64,000 nt of DNA, taken from contig JAQUGO010000007.1 in NCBI GenBank assembly GCA_028684065.1, positions 39,507-103,506 on the forward strand. The letters are read 5' to 3'. The notes below the pieces were generated by a model, which was not told the DNA's origin, did not search any database, and saw only the letters and a program-made list of their open reading frames with translations. A program made the position numbers and the translations under genes. Shown one piece after another: positions 45,128 to 53,995 of the stretch. Every line of letters begins with the position of its first letter. Position 1 is the first letter of the stretch. This DNA is from Sulfurospirillaceae bacterium (GTDB taxonomy: Bacteria > Campylobacterota > Campylobacteria > Campylobacterales > Sulfurospirillaceae).

Positions 45128-48100
45128 CTAAACTTGTACGTATTTTTGATTAAAATATAATTGACTATTATCAATAAATTTTCTAATTATATTTGTATTT
45201 CTATTTTGATCGTTCAATAGGCTGTTTTCGTATTCAACAATTTCATTTTGCTTTTTTTCAATTGACGAAAAATCAATCTCAGGATGCATGAAAGCAAGGC
45301 TTTTTAAATCTATTTTGATAGCTTCATTGATTTTTTCACTAGAATCAATTCGAAGTCTACTAGGGTCACTTGACCTAGAGGCTGCAACATAAAACTGTGA
45401 AAATTCAAAGGTGGAATTAGCACTAACTTGTGCAACATTAAGTGACATCCCCTGAGATTTATGGGTAGTAATCGCATAGGCTAGTCTTAAAGGATATGCT
45501 TTAACTTTTGTGTTGTGCTCTTTACCATATTTATCTATCCATTCACTTTCAAAAACTTTTCGATGAATAATCACCTCTTTACCTGTCCTATCAAGTTTGA
45601 TTTTTAATCTTCCCTCTTCTTCTTTCATAAAAACACCTCGGTCTCCATTTACAAATCCTTGGCTATGATCATTTTGAAGTAACATTACCTGTGCGCCCTC
45701 TTTTACAACAAGTGAAGAATCAGGAGGAATTTCTTTATGGATTCTCTCTTTTTCATCTTTAGTAAGCGATTTTCCTTCCTCAAGAAAATATTTTGGTGTT
45801 AACTTGATTTCTTTTCCCTCTAACTGTGCTAAACGAATAGCGTTTCTTTGTGCTACTTCTCTATTGGTATTAAAAATAAATGTAGCATCGGCGTCATTGA
45901 TAGGAGTATCTTTAAAAGATTGAAAGTAAGTGACTATTTCTTGGCTGGATTCCCCATAGCGCAATCGATTGAGCATTTCAACAAACTTCTGTTTTTTTGC
46001 ATCAGCATCTCCGACACGTTGATTGCCAATCAATTTCAGCGTCTGAACACTTTTTTCTTGCCAAAAATCACTCTCGTATGCATAGCGCTTAGTAGCGTTT
46101 TTATCTTTTTCTATCGCAGGAAGCTGTAGAAAATCCCCAACAAATAAGAGTTTACCCTGCCAGCCGGCTTGCTTTAGGCGATAATTAATAAGTTCCATTT
46201 GATTTCTATGCACCATACTTATCTCATCTATAATAATAGTATCTGTCTTTTTGATTTTTAATATAAGCTGTTCTAGCTTTTTTTGATTTACTTTATCTAG
46301 CTTTTCAAGCTCCTCGATATCTTTACAAATACCTATACCAAAAAAACTGTGTAATGTTCTACCGTTAATATTAACAGCAGCAATCCCAGTTGAAGCTAAA
46401 ACTTGAACGTTTAAACCTTTAGCCTGCTCTGCTGCTATGATTTTTTTAGTCGTGAATGACTTACCCGAACCTCCTTCACCCGTTAAAAAAAATGCACCTT
46501 GCTTTGCTTGTGTTATTTTTTCAAATACTTCTTGCTGGCTTAAGCCATTTTTGCTTCTATTTTTTAAGGCTTGTTCAATAAATGTATGTTTGAGATGTTC
46601 AAGTTCAAGTTTTTCAACATTGATTTTTTCAATCAGCGCTCTTCTTTTTTTGAGCACTGTTTTAAGTTCTGTATCTTTTGGAAGAATAGCTGCTAAGCCA
46701 TTGGCATTATTGTGTTTTGCATTCTTGGGTACTTCTATTTCACTTTTGAAAGAGTATGTATCATTGCGATTGATTTCTTTTAGTGTTTTAAAATTATATT
46801 CTAGTTGTGATCTAATGTGTGGCCATGATTTAAAATTTGTACTGCTATATAATAGGAGATGTTTTTTATTGTAGGCATCCGTTATTTGTATGCCAATTTT
46901 TTGACCATTTTTTGTTTTAATTTTAACATCATACCAGCATTTGATTGTCAATAATTCTTTGACTTCTTTTTCACTTCTTGCCTGCTTGATAACGCAATTA
47001 AAATCGCCATTGAGCGCTTTTAAAAGTGTCATTTTAGGTGATACAAGTGTATCGTTCAGTTGTATATCCCTCTTATATCTAGCCATTTCGAGCTGCGTTT
47101 TAATGGGTATTTTTTTTATATCTTTAAATTCATCTCGAATGAGGGGTTTTTGAATATTGTTTAGATTGAAATCTTGAATCTGAAAATTTTGAAACGTATA
47201 GCCTCTTTTCGAAAGCTCGGTGATGACGGGATTTTTAAAACCAGCGACTACATGCTCAAAATACGCTCGTGAAATTTTATTGTTTCGGTCTTCTAAGAGT
47301 GCTTGTATTTCTTCTGCTGAGCCATTTTTTAAGGTAATTATTGAATCAATTTGCGCTTGTGATAAATGAAGAGGGTAACATTCTTTTAAATTATACCCTC
47401 TAAAAATAAAATTGATATTTTGTCTAGCAAGTCGATCTTTGAGAGATGCAACTGTTTTGAGATAATACTGGATATTTTGACTTTTACCATAATCGTCTAT
47501 CAGAGACTGAAAATCATCAATCCGCTTTGGTTGTACTATCCATTTTGCAAAATCATAATCATTTAGAGATTGAATTTTCCAAGAGAAAGATGTTAGAAAA
47601 CTTCGGCTTTCCCTCACTTTAACTTCTTTGTCTTCCATGAAATGAAAAACTAAATTATGCCTGCAAGCCAGTTCTGCTACTCCAAATAAGATACTATTAT
47701 AGGCTTGTCCGAGTGTTGAATTGTTATTATCAAAGATCATATGGATGTGTGGCTCGACATCATAACTGAATGGAGAGTGCTCTTCATCAAAAACGTTTAT
47801 TTTGCCATACGGCACCGATTCTAAATTGCTATTTAAATTCTCATTACTTATGCCTCCATTGGCACCACCACCTGTACCCCCAAATGAAGAGTTATGATAA
47901 GCACTTAGCGCTTTAGAAAAGTCAAGATGTTGGGCTCTAAATAATTTTGTACCGTTTTTAGAAAGACCTTTTGATTCAACCCACTCCCAATTTTGGCAGA
48001 TAAGATCTTGATGAAATTCAAGCATCTTTTTATCTATTGCTTCAGGGCTTATAAAACCCTGTGCTATTAATTGAGCTTTATCGATAGAAAATACAAAGCG

Positions 48101-48211
48101 CTCAATCGCCTCGCTTGATGATTGTGCCATATTAATTATTTCTGCACAAGGAATATAAAGACTGACAGCATGATCGGCTAAATATTTTGAAATGTCCATT
48201 AAATGCTCCAA
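45128..48211 (-). CDS. PIF1/RecD-family helicase with relaxase-like N-terminal region (TraA/TrwC-style architecture)
   Basis: C-terminal half: FFLTGEGGSGKSF, IIIDEISMV, VGDFLQLPA, TTHKSQGMS and YVAASRS. The N-terminal half contains EPHIHMIFDN, which resembles a relaxase His motif (weak evidence). Confidence 0.65.
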   Translation of the reverse strand: MEHLMDISKYLADHAVSLYIPCAEIINMAQSSSEAIERFVFSIDKAQLIAQGFISPEAIDKKMLEFHQDLICQNWEWVESKGLSKNGTKLFRAQHLDFSKALSAYHNSSFGGTGGGANGGISNENLNSNLESVPYGKINVFDEEHSPFSYDVEPHIHMIFDNNNSTLGQAYNSILFGVAELACRHNLVFHFMEDKEVKVRESRSFLTSFSWKIQSLNDYDFAKWIVQPKRIDDFQSLIDDYGKSQNIQYYLKTVASLKDRLARQNINFIFRGYNLKECYPLHLSQAQIDSIITLKNGSAEEIQALLEDRNNKISRAYFEHVVAGFKNPVITELSKRGYTFQNFQIQDFNLNNIQKPLIRDEFKDIKKIPIKTQLEMARYKRDIQLNDTLVSPKMTLLKALNGDFNCVIKQARSEKEVKELLTIKCWYDVKIKTKNGQKIGIQITDAYNKKHLLLYSSTNFKSWPHIRSQLEYNFKTLKEINRNDTYSFKSEIEVPKNAKHNNANGLAAILPKDTELKTVLKKRRALIEKINVEKLELEHLKHTFIEQALKNRSKNGLSQQEVFEKITQAKQGAFFLTGEGGSGKSFTTKKIIAAEQAKGLNVQVLASTGIAAVNINGRTLHSFFGIGICKDIEELEKLDKVNQKKLEQLILKIKKTDTIIIDEISMVHRNQMELINYRLKQAGWQGKLLFVGDFLQLPAIEKDKNATKRYAYESDFWQEKSVQTLKLIGNQRVGDADAKKQKFVEMLNRLRYGESSQEIVTYFQSFKDTPINDADATFIFNTNREVAQRNAIRLAQLEGKEIKLTPKYFLEEGKSLTKDEKERIHKEIPPDSSLVVKEGAQVMLLQNDHSQGFVNGDRGVFMKEEEGRLKIKLDRTGKEVIIHRKVFESEWIDKYGKEHNTKVKAYPLRLAYAITTHKSQGMSLNVAQVSANSTFEFSQFYVAASRSSDPSRLRIDSSEKINEAIKIDLKSLAFMHPEIDFSSIEKKQNEIVEYENSLLNDQNRNTNIIRKFIDNSQLYFNQKYVQV

Positions 48212-48278
48212 AAAGATTGTGGTGTTTAAACGACTGCGAAAGCAGCCGTAAGTCGAAGCCTTGAGACCAAAAGATTTG

Positions 48279-48300
48279 CCCCCCTAGATTTTGAGGGGGG
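48279..48300. promoter_or_regulatory. GC hairpin CCCCCC-N10-GGGGGG upstream of the relaxase-like gene
   Basis: Read directly. It is the only G/C homopolymer pair I noticed in this AT-rich region. Confidence 0.5.
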
Positions 48301-48341
48301 AAATAGCTCAAATTTAAAAAACAGCGAACGAACGTGAGTTT

Positions 48342-48367
48342 GTAGTGTGTGCGACTGCTCACACTAC
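48342..48367. promoter_or_regulatory. 8-bp perfect hairpin GTAGTGTG-N10-CACACTAC
   Basis: Read directly. It lies in the same intergenic region as the GC hairpin. Confidence 0.5.
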
Positions 48368-48448
48368 ATCCAAAAGGCTCCTTTGCGAGACTTTTGGCCA
48401 TTGAAATTGGCTAAAAGAGGCAAGAATGTCATCGATACTTCCCGATGA

Positions 48449-48543
48449 CTTCTTTTGTGCTTCTTTTCACTTCTTTTTGGCTTCTCAAGAATTCCGAATG
48501 CTTCTGTTTTAGTTCTTTTGGCTTCTTTTCTTAAAAAGAAGCC
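48449..48543. repeat. phased CTTCT(T)TT repeats (iteron-like) ending in a 10-bp hairpin GGCTTCTTTT/AAAAGAAGCC
   Basis: CTTCT cores start at 48449, 48460, 48470, 48481, 48501 and 48522, with spacings of 11, 10, 11, 20 and 21 nt. The hairpin is at 48520..48543. Confidence 0.6.
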
Positions 48544-48552
48544 ATGTTATTT

Positions 48553-49335
48553 TCATTTTTGCAGTAACGCTGCAATAAAGGCTTTAAAAAGTGGGTTGAG
48601 CCATATGGCGATAATTGCTGTAAAAATCACTCCAACAAAAAATGCACTGCTTGAAACAAGAAACCATTTGGATAATTCTCCACTCCAAAGCTTTGTATTT
48701 TCAATCAGCTCGATTGTTTGAAGTGTTTTTTGGGTGGATTGGTTAATTAAGTTGATGTTCGCAGAAACACCTTGAACCTCTTCGCGCATTTCTTTTAATT
48801 TTTTATCGACCTCAATCAGTGTATTTATTGAAACTTCTTCTATAGTATTCTGAATTTTTTTATTTTCGATCATGTCATTATGTATTGAGATCGTTGCACT
48901 ATTGATCTGTTGAGATGATAGCTGTGTAAGTTCAAAAAGAGATTTTTCATTTTTTTGAAAGACTTTATTTACTTGATCGATAACTTTTTGGATGACATCT
49001 TCACTCATTTCTTGCTTTAATAGCTTGCCAAAATCTCTGATTGATTTTTGCGTCTCAAAAGCGGCATCGCTTATTTGACCTAAGCCTTGCATGTGACTTT
49101 CGTCTGCAAAAGCCAACCTGCTATTAATTTGATTTTGAAAAACTAAAATATCTTTTTTCATTTGGTCGTAGCTATTTTTAACAGTAAGGGTAAATTCACC
49201 TTTACTCTTTTCCATGGCTTCAATTTGTGTTGCCAAATATTTCGCTACATTTCTCATTTTTGTAGTTTCCTTTTTAGCTTCATTGGTCACAAAAGTGATT
49301 TGATCTAAAATCTCTTGTAATTGATTAATGTCCAT
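48553..49335 (-). CDS. coiled-coil protein with C-terminal TM segment
   Basis: Heptad-like Q/E/K-rich sequence. C-terminus FFVGVIFTAIIAIWLNPLF. Confidence 0.4.
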   Translation of the reverse strand: MDINQLQEILDQITFVTNEAKKETTKMRNVAKYLATQIEAMEKSKGEFTLTVKNSYDQMKKDILVFQNQINSRLAFADESHMQGLGQISDAAFETQKSIRDFGKLLKQEMSEDVIQKVIDQVNKVFQKNEKSLFELTQLSSQQINSATISIHNDMIENKKIQNTIEEVSINTLIEVDKKLKEMREEVQGVSANINLINQSTQKTLQTIELIENTKLWSGELSKWFLVSSSAFFVGVIFTAIIAIWLNPLFKAFIAALLQK

Positions 49336-49344
49336 CTTTTAACC

Positions 49345-50106
49345 TTAGATTGTTTTTAAAACAGTTTTAAAATTTTTAAAATTTTCTTCGATATAATTTT
49401 TAGCCTGCACAGAAATTCTATACCTTCCTAATATTCTTCTATATTCAGTAAAATCACCTGCAGCGATTTTTGCAATATCCTCCTGCGCCTCCCTAGTACT
49501 ACTGTACATGGATGCCATCTGTGCAGAATCCATAAGAACTTCTGAACTTAATGCAGCCAAGTCAAATAAATGCGTTTTGGGTAAAAAAAATGTTGGAAGA
49601 TTTAATATTTTCGGGTCAACACTTGGCAAATCATACTCGCTTGAACCATACCAAAAAACAAAATCTTCTTTATTATTGGCTCCATTAAGAACAAAAATAA
49701 CTTTTCGATCCTTAACCAATTCATATGTATCAAGCGCATTTTGCAACTGTGCTCTATTTGAAAAAAGTGGAATAATAAAGACACATTCATCATAATTGGT
49801 AGACTCTAGTAACAATTGAGTGACTCTGTAAGTATCGTCCCCTCCTCCTGTGTCTACGATAATATTTCCACTATCTTCTGCTAGTAAACTGAACATAGCT
49901 TCATCAAATGCTGCTTCACCATCTTCAAGCTTTACAGATTTGACAATATTCCTCTTTAAAGTAGCAGAATTTGAATACACCCTAGCACTATTGTTGCTGT
50001 TATCAATCTCTAAAAGTGTAAAATCTCCCAAAATAGCTGTCAATGCGTGAAAACTAAACGTTGTTTTCCCGCAGCCCCCTTTATTATTTATTACTGAATA
50101 AATCAT
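49345..50106 (-). CDS. ParA/MinD-like partition ATPase
   Basis: Deviant Walker A VINNKGGCGKTTFSFH. Confidence 0.7.
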   Translation of the reverse strand: MIYSVINNKGGCGKTTFSFHALTAILGDFTLLEIDNSNNSARVYSNSATLKRNIVKSVKLEDGEAAFDEAMFSLLAEDSGNIIVDTGGGDDTYRVTQLLLESTNYDECVFIIPLFSNRAQLQNALDTYELVKDRKVIFVLNGANNKEDFVFWYGSSEYDLPSVDPKILNLPTFFLPKTHLFDLAALSSEVLMDSAQMASMYSSTREAQEDIAKIAAGDFTEYRRILGRYRISVQAKNYIEENFKNFKTVLKTI

Positions 50107-50107
50107 A

Positions 50108-50443
50108 CTAATCCCTTTTTTGTGTTTTATGTCTCAAAATTTCAAGCCGGTTTTGGTCTGATTGATCCGGCACAATGTTGCTAATTTTTTGCTTTTTATA
50201 TAGATTTTTTTTATTTTTTAGCCTCTTAGCCACATAGTAATTTACGGCACGGGCAGAGATTATTTTCCCTGTTATTTGGCTCACGACTTCTGCCAATTGC
50301 TTATAAGTTAAGCCTTTTTGCCTAGCAACAATTAATTCTTCCTCAAATTGCCACAATATACCTATGTGTTTGACCTCCATTGTGTTTACTTTCTCGTTAA
50401 ATGCCTTTATGTTTTGTTGTGATTTATCCATTTTTTGGTCCAA
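50108..50443 (-). CDS. small HTH-like protein
   Basis: LTYKQLAEVVSQITGKIISARAVNYYV resembles an HTH. Basic C-terminus. Confidence 0.35.
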   Translation of the reverse strand: MDQKMDKSQQNIKAFNEKVNTMEVKHIGILWQFEEELIVARQKGLTYKQLAEVVSQITGKIISARAVNYYVAKRLKNKKNLYKKQKISNIVPDQSDQNRLEILRHKTQKRD

Positions 50444-50444
50444 T

Positions 50445-51161
50445 TTATATATTTAGTGTATGTGGATTTTTATACAAATATTTCCAGACCATAATTGCAT
50501 CGTCAGGCGTTAAATCTAAACCGGTAACAGAATTGTTTAAAAATCCAGCTTCAGTAAGTGTAATTTCAGTAGTCGGTAAAAACAACCCTGGTATACCATT
50601 CACCAAAGTTTTACCTTTATATTTTGATAAAACCTTTTTTTTAAAAATCGCAAATGAAAAATTTTTGTTTTTAGGTGAGAGATTATTATTATTTATATCT
50701 AGATCTTTTTGTTTATGTAAATCTATCTCTATCTCTGGTGAACATATTTGTGACAGTTTGTGACTGCTGTGTGACATTGTCACAAAACGTTTTTGTGCAT
50801 TACGTTGTTTTCTTTTTCGCTCCGCAGCATCTGTCTCTGAACCAATCATCAATTGTGTTTCATTCATATACAAAACTCCCTCTCTCCACCTTTCCATTAA
50901 TTTCAATTTTATAAACATATCAACAGCGATATTAACAGTATCTATATTTGTATTGGTGATTGTTGCAAGCATCTCAGGGCTATAAGGTATTGTGTCCCTA
51001 AAAACTAAAAAACCCTCCGTTCGTATACTCTTTAAAATCAATTTTAAATAAAAGATAATGTAATCCTTGCCATTTTTTGTTGCTTCAATTATTTTAATTT
51101 CTTCACGATCAAAAAAATTATCTTGTAACTTAAGCCAATAATATTTTTTTACTTTGCTCAT
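50445..51161 (-). CDS. phage replisome-organiser-like / DnaD-like replication protein
   Basis: N-terminus YYWLKLQDNFFDREEIKIIE...GKDYIIFYLKL resembles the Phage_rep_org_N pattern. Confidence 0.5.
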   Translation of the reverse strand: MSKVKKYYWLKLQDNFFDREEIKIIEATKNGKDYIIFYLKLILKSIRTEGFLVFRDTIPYSPEMLATITNTNIDTVNIAVDMFIKLKLMERWREGVLYMNETQLMIGSETDAAERKRKQRNAQKRFVTMSHSSHKLSQICSPEIEIDLHKQKDLDINNNNLSPKNKNFSFAIFKKKVLSKYKGKTLVNGIPGLFLPTTEITLTEAGFLNNSVTGLDLTPDDAIMVWKYLYKNPHTLNI

Positions 51162-51183
51162 TATGATCTCTTTAAAATATTTT

Positions 51184-51366
51184 TTATTGTTCTTCCAAAA
51201 AATGATCTATATCACTTTTTCGCCACATACTTGTTCTGCTAGTTCCACCTATTTTTAGAGGTAAAGGCGCCTGACCATTTTTTATCAATTTGTACCATAA
51301 TGACTTACTGATAGGAATTCTTTTTAATACATCTCTAATACGATATAGTTCAATTTCGTTACTCAT
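51184..51366 (-). CDS. AlpA-family excisionase/regulator
   Basis: 60 aa. LYRIRDVLKRIPISKSLWYKLIKNGQAPLPLKIG...WRKSDIDHFL matches the AlpA pattern. Confidence 0.65.
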   Translation of the reverse strand: MSNEIELYRIRDVLKRIPISKSLWYKLIKNGQAPLPLKIGGTSRTSMWRKSDIDHFLEEQ

Positions 51367-51550
51367 GTGATGCCGCCATGACTGTATTACGGCTAAGATA
51401 CGCTTCTATCCATTCATACTTATAAATTACTTTACCTGCACAAACTGTATATGTAAGATTTTTTCTATGTCTTAATGATGCCTGAGCTCTTTCTGTCAAG
51501 TGTGGATATCTCTCTGCAACTTCTTGCGTTGTTAACCATTTATTTTCCAT
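51359..51550 (-). CDS. excisionase-type (HTH_17-like) DNA-binding protein
   Basis: WLTTQEVAERYPHLTERA ... YKYEWIEAYL fits the pattern. It overlaps the AlpA-like gene by 8 nt. Confidence 0.45.
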   Translation of the reverse strand: MENKWLTTQEVAERYPHLTERAQASLRHRKNLTYTVCAGKVIYKYEWIEAYLSRNTVMAASHE

Positions 51551-51629
51551 TTTGTTCCTTTATATTTAAATTATTAACGCTATATTAACATTATATTTAA
51601 CAAATGTCAATAAAAATAACAATATTAAT

Positions 51630-51726
51630 ATAGATAATGTAAATAAAAATATTAATTAAGTAATGAAAAATAACTTTATCAAGTTGTTTTAAATGAGTAT
51701 TTAATATTTTTATTTACATTATCTAT
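51630..51726. promoter_or_regulatory. perfect 26-nt inverted repeat (51630..51655 / 51701..51726) in the divergent region between the Xis-type and cI-like genes
   Basis: ATAGATAATGTAAATAAAAATATTAA and its exact reverse complement are separated by 45 nt. Confidence 0.8.
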
Positions 51727-51768
51727 GTAATATGATAAAATATCTTTTAAAATTAACAAAGGGTTTAA

Positions 51769-52386
51769 ATGGATAGGGCAATTGTTCTTGTTAATATAAT
51801 AATGGAAGAGCTTAATTTTGGAAAGTATTATGAACTTGCAGAATATTTAGGTGTAACTGCACCTGCAATTTCTGGGTGGATTAATCGGAATTCTGTTAAA
51901 ACTATACTCAAGCATGCTGCTAGAAAAGGAATAGATATTAATTCATTACAAGCAAAGTTAGATGAATTGACATTACAGCAGAACAATGAAACCGAAAAAG
52001 CAGAGGAAGAAGAATACCCTCTTTTAACTCCAGAACAAACTCACAAAGCTTACCAAAAAGTTCAAAGAGAAAAAGAACTAGCAGATATATATGTGCAAGC
52101 AAAAAGAGAAAATGTAGAAAGTAAAGAGCAAAGAAGAGCTAGTCTTAGATATGCTGAAGACAAACCTTTTGGATCTTCACCATTTTCCTTGCTTTTTCAA
52201 ATTTTAGTTGGTGAAAATAAGGATGTAATTTTTGAAATTTTAAATAAAAGACTACATGAAGAAAAAGAGTTACATGTTGAAGATAAAATTGCATTTATTG
52301 AAGATTTTGAGTTGCTAATGCAACATACTGTAAGTGCAGCAGCGAAATTAAAAATGCTTGAGCGTTTAAGCAAAAAACCTAAATAA
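51769..52386 (+). CDS. cI-like repressor (phage CI HTH N-terminal domain)
   Basis: YELAEYLGVTAPAISGWINRNSV resembles the Phage_CI_repr HTH. Confidence 0.55.
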   Translation: MDRAIVLVNIIMEELNFGKYYELAEYLGVTAPAISGWINRNSVKTILKHAARKGIDINSLQAKLDELTLQQNNETEKAEEEEYPLLTPEQTHKAYQKVQREKELADIYVQAKRENVESKEQRRASLRYAEDKPFGSSPFSLLFQILVGENKDVIFEILNKRLHEEKELHVEDKIAFIEDFELLMQHTVSAAAKLKMLERLSKKPK

Positions 52387-52473
52387 AAGTATAATAAAAT
52401 ATTTTCTAGATAATGAGCTGTAGATCTTTTATTAATAGAGTATATTAGGGTTAACTATTTTTTGAACTCTCTT

Positions 52474-52503
52474 AAACCATCTTAAAGATATTTTAGATGG
52501 TTT
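52474..52503. terminator. 9-bp hairpin between the convergent cI-like and higA genes
   Basis: AAACCATCT (52474-52482) pairs with AGATGGTTT (52495-52503). Confidence 0.4.
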
Positions 52504-52864
52504 ATATAGAATAACTATTCATCAGTGATTCATAAGGGATAGTTAACTGTTTATGCAAATTGCGAATCATATTAATAGACAGTTCTCGTTTGTGATTAAG
52601 TACTTCAGAAACTTTAGAACGTGAGCCAATAATGGGTGTCAAATCTTTAGGCTCTAATCCCATTTGTTCCATGCGAAACTTAATAGCTTCTATTGGATCA
52701 CATGCGTGCAACGGATAGTGTTTTGCCTCGTAGGCTTCCACAAGTGTTACGAGAACATCAAGTTCATCTCCTTCTGGTGTTCCAAGTTCTGCATCCATAA
52801 GTGTATCAATACGTGCTAGTACTGCATCATAATCTGATTCTGTTCGTATAGGTATAATATTCAT
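52502..52864 (-). CDS. higA: HigA-type antitoxin (XRE HTH)
   Basis: C-terminal HTH SRSKVSEVLNHKRELSINMIRNL. It lies downstream of a HigB-like gene with a 2-nt gap. Confidence 0.7.
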   Translation of the reverse strand: MNIIPIRTESDYDAVLARIDTLMDAELGTPEGDELDVLVTLVEAYEAKHYPLHACDPIEAIKFRMEQMGLEPKDLTPIIGSRSKVSEVLNHKRELSINMIRNLHKQLTIPYESLMNSYSI

Positions 52865-52866
52865 TT

Positions 52867-53160
52867 TTATATCTCCTCTGCATTTATTTTGTCATATTCA
52901 GCATGTGTCCCAACAAATCGAATATAGACAGTATTATACGCATAGTTAATCTTTACGATTAATCTGTATTTGTTTCCGCCAATGTTAAAAACAACCCGAT
53001 TTTCGCATAAAAAACTAGCTGTCTGATAGTGCGTTTTTATCTCCTGTGGCGATTGCCATTGAGCTTTTACCGCCTCAGCGTACCAAGCAGTTAGAGGGTA
53101 TTCCGCTTCTTTATGACATTTCCAAAAATCTTGTAATGTTCGTTTGCTAATTACTCTCAT
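52867..53160 (-). CDS. higB: HigB-family (RelE-fold) toxin
   Basis: MRVISKRTLQDFW...FNIGGNKYRLIVKINY...VYIRFVGTHAEYDKI is the typical HigB_toxin pattern. Confidence 0.75.
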   Translation of the reverse strand: MRVISKRTLQDFWKCHKEAEYPLTAWYAEAVKAQWQSPQEIKTHYQTASFLCENRVVFNIGGNKYRLIVKINYAYNTVYIRFVGTHAEYDKINAEEI

Positions 53161-53172
53161 GGTGTTAGTATA

Positions 53173-53201
53173 GCATAATTTCCCAAAATGGGAAATTATG
53201 C
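53173..53201. promoter_or_regulatory. 13-bp perfect inverted repeat GCATAATTTCCCA-AAA-TGGGAAATTATGC immediately upstream of higB (probable operator)
   Basis: Read directly. It begins 13 nt upstream of the higB start. Confidence 0.6.
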
Positions 53202-53361
53202 CTTTCGAAAAAAAATCAAAGATTTAAGGTATTATTTAATAGTATTCGGTTTGTAATTTTTAACTTAGACTAAATTTATGGTGCCTTATTGCAAAATATT
53301 GCTAATTCAATAAAAAATTATTTTTTGAATAGTCATCAAGAAAATTATGGCTTAAATAATT

Positions 53362-53385
53362 TTTTACAGTAACTTTTACAGTAAC
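53362..53385. repeat. tandem 2 x 12-nt repeat TTTTACAGTAAC near the island end
   Basis: Read directly. It lies about 55 nt from the tRNA-like 20-mer. Confidence 0.8.
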
Positions 53386-53440
53386 TAAAAAAAATTATTT
53401 TTTAAAACATCGATTTAAAGGTGGTTATGTTTAGTTTATT

Positions 53441-53460
53441 GAGTCCGGCCTCAGGTACCA
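53441..53460 (+). other. tRNA 3'-end-like fragment GAGTCCGGCCTCAGGTACCA (candidate attR core)
   Basis: It parses as T-loop remnant GAGT + T-stem CCGGC + acceptor strand CTCAGGT + A + CCA. No matching 5' half lies upstream. Confidence 0.4.
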
Positions 53461-53995
53461 CTTAAACTCCCTAATAGACGATATTCCAAACCTTAAAACT
53501 TTGCTGGTGTCACAAAGTGTCAAAATCAAGCAATTATTTTGCTGACATCAACGGTGATAGTTCCCGTATACTAATTACAATTGACTTTGTACCATTTGTT
53601 GGAAAATCCAATCAAAATCGTCTTTTTACTATTTCTATGCTCAATTTGACTATATTGTCCACCAACGGACAACATTCTGTCATCAGCATTTCTATAAAAA
53701 TCTCTAATTTCGTTATTGATTTAGACAAAAATTTCATTTTGCAAGCATAAAGTTGTACCGCAAAAATTTTCCCTTTATAAACCGTTTTAAATTAATAAAA
53801 TATTGTTCTAATGGTCCATAACTTCGATACAAGTCTTCGCCATTCATTATTCTTAACCCATAGCATTCAAGTTCTTAACTCGAAACAAGTTTTGAAAACC
53901 ATGTTTCATAATAAAGTTCATAAATCTCAAAAAACTGCAAAAACTTTGTTGCTTTTCAATAGGAATCTGACTCAAGCATATTTGTATTTGCCATC

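Larger units (their letters stand above)
45128..53460. mobile_element. backbone of an integrated mobilisable element (relaxase-like helicase, ParA, Rep-organiser, AlpA, Xis-type HTH, cI-like repressor, HigBA, att-like end)
   Basis: Based on the gene content listed below and the tRNA-3'-like 20-mer at 53441..53460. No integrase is in the window and the left end is not defined. Confidence 0.5.

Noticed and set aside
48279-48300. The CCCCCC/GGGGGG hairpin as a simple Rho-independent terminator
   Set aside because: It is not followed by a convincing U-tract on either strand. It is kept as a structural/regulatory feature only.
48132-48721. ORFs 48132..48401 (minus) and 48455..48721 (plus) in and around the relaxase upstream region
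   Set aside because: They run through the hairpin and iteron region and overlap the starts or ends of flanking genes. The region is better explained as regulatory or oriT-like DNA.
53385-53460. A complete tRNA gene ending at 53460
   Set aside because: The 55 nt upstream are nearly pure A/T. They contain no complement of the acceptor strand CTCAGGT or of the T-stem CCGGC. Only the 3' 20 nt are tRNA-like.
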